Source: Catajapyx aquilonaris
Lineage: Eukaryota
Assembly: GCA_000934665.2 (NCBI GenBank)
Contig: KZ538821.1
Span: forward strand, 1-46,068
Direction of reading: 5' to 3'
DNA: 46,068 nt
This document shows positions 43,301-46,068 of this stretch, one piece after another (position 1 is the first letter of the stretch; the number at the start of each line of letters is the position of its first letter). The translations under genes and the position numbers were made by a program. The notes beneath the pieces are model-generated. The model saw only the letters and a program-made list of their open reading frames with translations, was not told where the DNA came from and did no database searches.

Positions 43301-46068
43301 TTTCTTGCAGTAACCGGCTGTGTAGTTAAAACTACAATTCAATCACTTTTCTGACTGTTAGTTTATAGTAGCTTTCATGATGCTAGATGATTAACCGTGG
43401 TCAGTTTTTTTCCTCATCACATTGTAACAAGTGTCTATTTGACACCACAAATCTTCGGGGGTTATCACAGGAGAACAGGTGCAAGCTTCTGCAGCTCCAT
43501 CGTCGTCAGCTGCACCAGCAACGACACCAGCCCCAAAAGCGGCGTCGTCATCGACACCAGCGACGGCAACAACCTCCGACTCGCCTTCGCAAGATGCCCA
43601 GCTGCCAACTCCAGCGACACCTGAAGAAGCTCCTAGTGAAGAGAGGTCTCCTGGAGGTTCACCTCCGGCCGGTGACCCACAAGGACGTCAGGCCACTCCA
43701 ACGGACGCGTCGGTTCGTTCAGACGAAGGATACCACAGCAACGGATGCCACGACGATGCATTCACACCGCCTGAAGACAGCAGCGACTCTGACTCTGACA
43801 ATTACGTCCTTGACTTTAGCACAAAGTCAGCCTCGGATGTTCCTCCGCCCAGCACCGAGGTTGAACCTCCAGAAGCTATCCAAAAGCCCAAGTCTCCCGA
43901 GGAATATGACAGCAAGAATGAGTACCGCAAGGTGAAGATCAAGATGCCTAAGGCCTATCATTACAGGGCTTCTTCCTCCACCAAGTCGGACCCTTGCTGG
44001 GACAAAGAGGCGGAGGTGACATCAGCAGTAGCGGAGGTGACATCGGCCAAACCTGACGAAAGTGAGGAGTCAAGGACTGAAGGCATCGTGATAGTGAAGA
44101 ACGGATTTCGAGTGTACAGTGCTTCTATAAGCCAGGGGAGAAATCCGCTGCAGCCTGCGTCCATACTTGAGAACATACTTTTGATGAGAGAACGAAAGAG
44201 TGAGGGATTGCTCAAGAAAGCTTTGAGATCTCCTTCGTGTTCTCCTCCTCCGCCTGCAGTGAACGGAAAGGAAGCGTCTGTGCCAACATATCCGCCTCCT
44301 TTACCACCATCCCCGCTGCCACCAGTGGCGAAAACTCCACCGCCAACAGAAGTGAAACACTCAACCCCAAGGTTGCTCAAGGATACTGTTCAAGTAAGTA
44401 CCATTAGTTGAAGTTGTAGGCTATTATGATTTGATTACGTGTTTCTGCAGGTCGTGGTAGGAGAGATGAACGGAGAGTGTTTGTCGCCACCATTAGAAGC
44501 ATACACGTACAAGAAGAGCTACCGGTACGGCAAAGCTGAGATGAGCCAGGTGAGCCCAGACTCCAGCTCGGCTCCATCGGCAGTCCCCAGACGCGACTCA
44601 CCATCTCCGTCCCACCATCCTCTGCAGCCCATACCACTCGCCCTGCCACCACTGCCACCACCCAACTCCACCAGCACCCCAAACAACAACTACCCACCGC
44701 ACCAGTACCTCAACGGAGGAAGCAACCCTTCGTTCTTCAACTCCTCTCATCTGGGCATGTACTACCCAACCAGCCCTCACTCGCCTTCGCCCCGTCCCCC
44801 ATCAGCACCATCAGCGCCGTCCGCTCCATCAGGACCACCAACAACTCCTCTCCGTCCCCTGTCCCCACTTCTGGGATCGTACCCATCTCCTCTCTCACCA
44901 CCACCAACAAACAACCGTCACCACCACCACAACCACCACCACCATCACGACCACCACCAACGGGAGAGGAGCCTGTCCCCGTACGATGATATGCTGCCCG
45001 ATGGTAGTCCCGGAGACAGTCCCGGTAGGTCGGACGGCCCAGGAGGAAGGGGATACCGATCTCTGCCTTATCCTCTGAAGAAGAAAGACGGGAAGATGCA
45101 CTACGAATGCAACGTGTGCTTCAAGACGTTTGGTCAGCTGTCCAACCTCAAGGTGCACCTTCGAACGCACTCGGGAGAAAGGCCCTTCCGATGCGCCATA
45201 TGCACCAAGAGCTTCACCCAACTGGCTCACCTACAGAAGCACCATCTAGTCCATACCGGTACGTGACTTACGGTGTAATAAGTTGACTTGGAGATTGATA
45301 CGTCTTTTGTGATTACGACAGGTGAGAAGCCCCATCAGTGCGATATCTGTCTGAAGCGATTCAGCTCCACCTCCAACTTGAAGACCCACCTGCGCCTGCA
45401 CTCGGGGCAGAAACCTTACGCCTGCGATCTGTGCCCTGCCAAGTTCACTCAGTTTGTTCATCTGAAATTGCACAAACGATTACACACCAACGAACGTCCC
45501 TACACCTGCCACGGCTGCAACAAAAAGTACATTAGCGCCAGTGGTCTCAGGTGAGCCAATTGTTGGGGACCTATCGTTACAAATCACTAATTTTGACTCA
45601 TTTTTGGCAGGACTCACTGGAAGACAACAAGCTGCAAACCCAACAGCATTGAGGAAGAACTAGCTGCTGCATCTCCTCCAGGACATCACGGTTACGAGTA
45701 CGCCTCTAGCGATGCCAGTGGAGGTAAATTCCCTTCGGATACGCTTTCGTATCGGGAGATTCTTCTAGGGGTGTATCCGCTGAAGGATAGGGGTGTATCC
45801 GCTTTTTGCATCATTTGTGGTAGATCATTCTTGACACTGACATCTTGTTCCAGGGAGTCTAGAGAGAGGTGACTTGGACACCAACAGTCTGGACGGCAGT
45901 CCTCCCCATGGTCCATCTCCACCTCGTCCGCTGGACAGTGAGGACAGCGGATCTCCCCCTTCGTACCTTCTCCCCCCGCATCACTCCCACCCCCAGCACC
46001 CTCCCCACCCGCATCACCCACATCACCCCCCACAGCACCCGCATCACCCCCCACCGCACCCCCACCAC
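40338..46068 (+). CDS. PRDM1: PR domain zinc finger protein 1 (Blimp-1); 3' end runs beyond the window
   Basis: In-frame GT-AG exons: 40338-40444 (less certain), 40504-40691 (likely conserved Met at 40527), 40825-40944, 41764-41889, 43057-43183, 43471-44393, 44451-45258, 45322-45550, 45611-45723 and 45854->46068. PR/SET domain [10 protein letters not shown]...[19 protein letters not shown]...KYFWRIY...[10 protein letters not shown]...QNLIACQ...[47 protein letters not shown] precedes four C2H2 fingers and the Blimp-typical fifth C2HC finger (CHGC...HWKTTSC). Confidence 0.97.

Noticed and set aside
44157..44183. ASILENILL as an eh1/Groucho or LxxLL motif
   Set aside because: Spacing fits neither FxIxxIL nor LxxLL.

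Overview
Eukaryotic, intron-containing DNA from an invertebrate, most plausibly an arthropod (short 56-74 nt introns, insect-like Blimp-1). It has four protein-coding genes, all on the + strand. Three are packed into the first 8.3 kb: a divergent Lifeguard/TMBIM-family membrane protein, UVSSA (2 exons, 619 aa) and an ENPP4/5-like ectonucleotide pyrophosphatase (6 exons, 520 aa). About 29 kb with no credible coding sequence follows, holding many small inverted-repeat elements (MITEs/foldbacks), tRNA-derived SINE heads, minisatellites and candidate cis-regulatory motifs. PRDM1/Blimp-1 (PR/SET domain plus five zinc fingers) comes last and runs off the right edge. No CRISPR, rRNA, intact tRNA or autonomous transposase was seen. 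The best leads are: a TMBIM paralog missing one of its two pH-sensor aspartates; possible alternative membrane-anchor tails for the ENPP; a 28-bp motif shared between the upstream desert and a PRDM1 intron; ecdysone-, FTZ-F1-, RFX- and Blimp-1-type sites around PRDM1; a recurring three-copy inverted-repeat architecture; and a TATA/CGATA minisatellite just upstream of a PRDM1 exon. Exon structures were inferred by eye from GT-AG sites, phase continuity and remembered family motifs; no database search was run.
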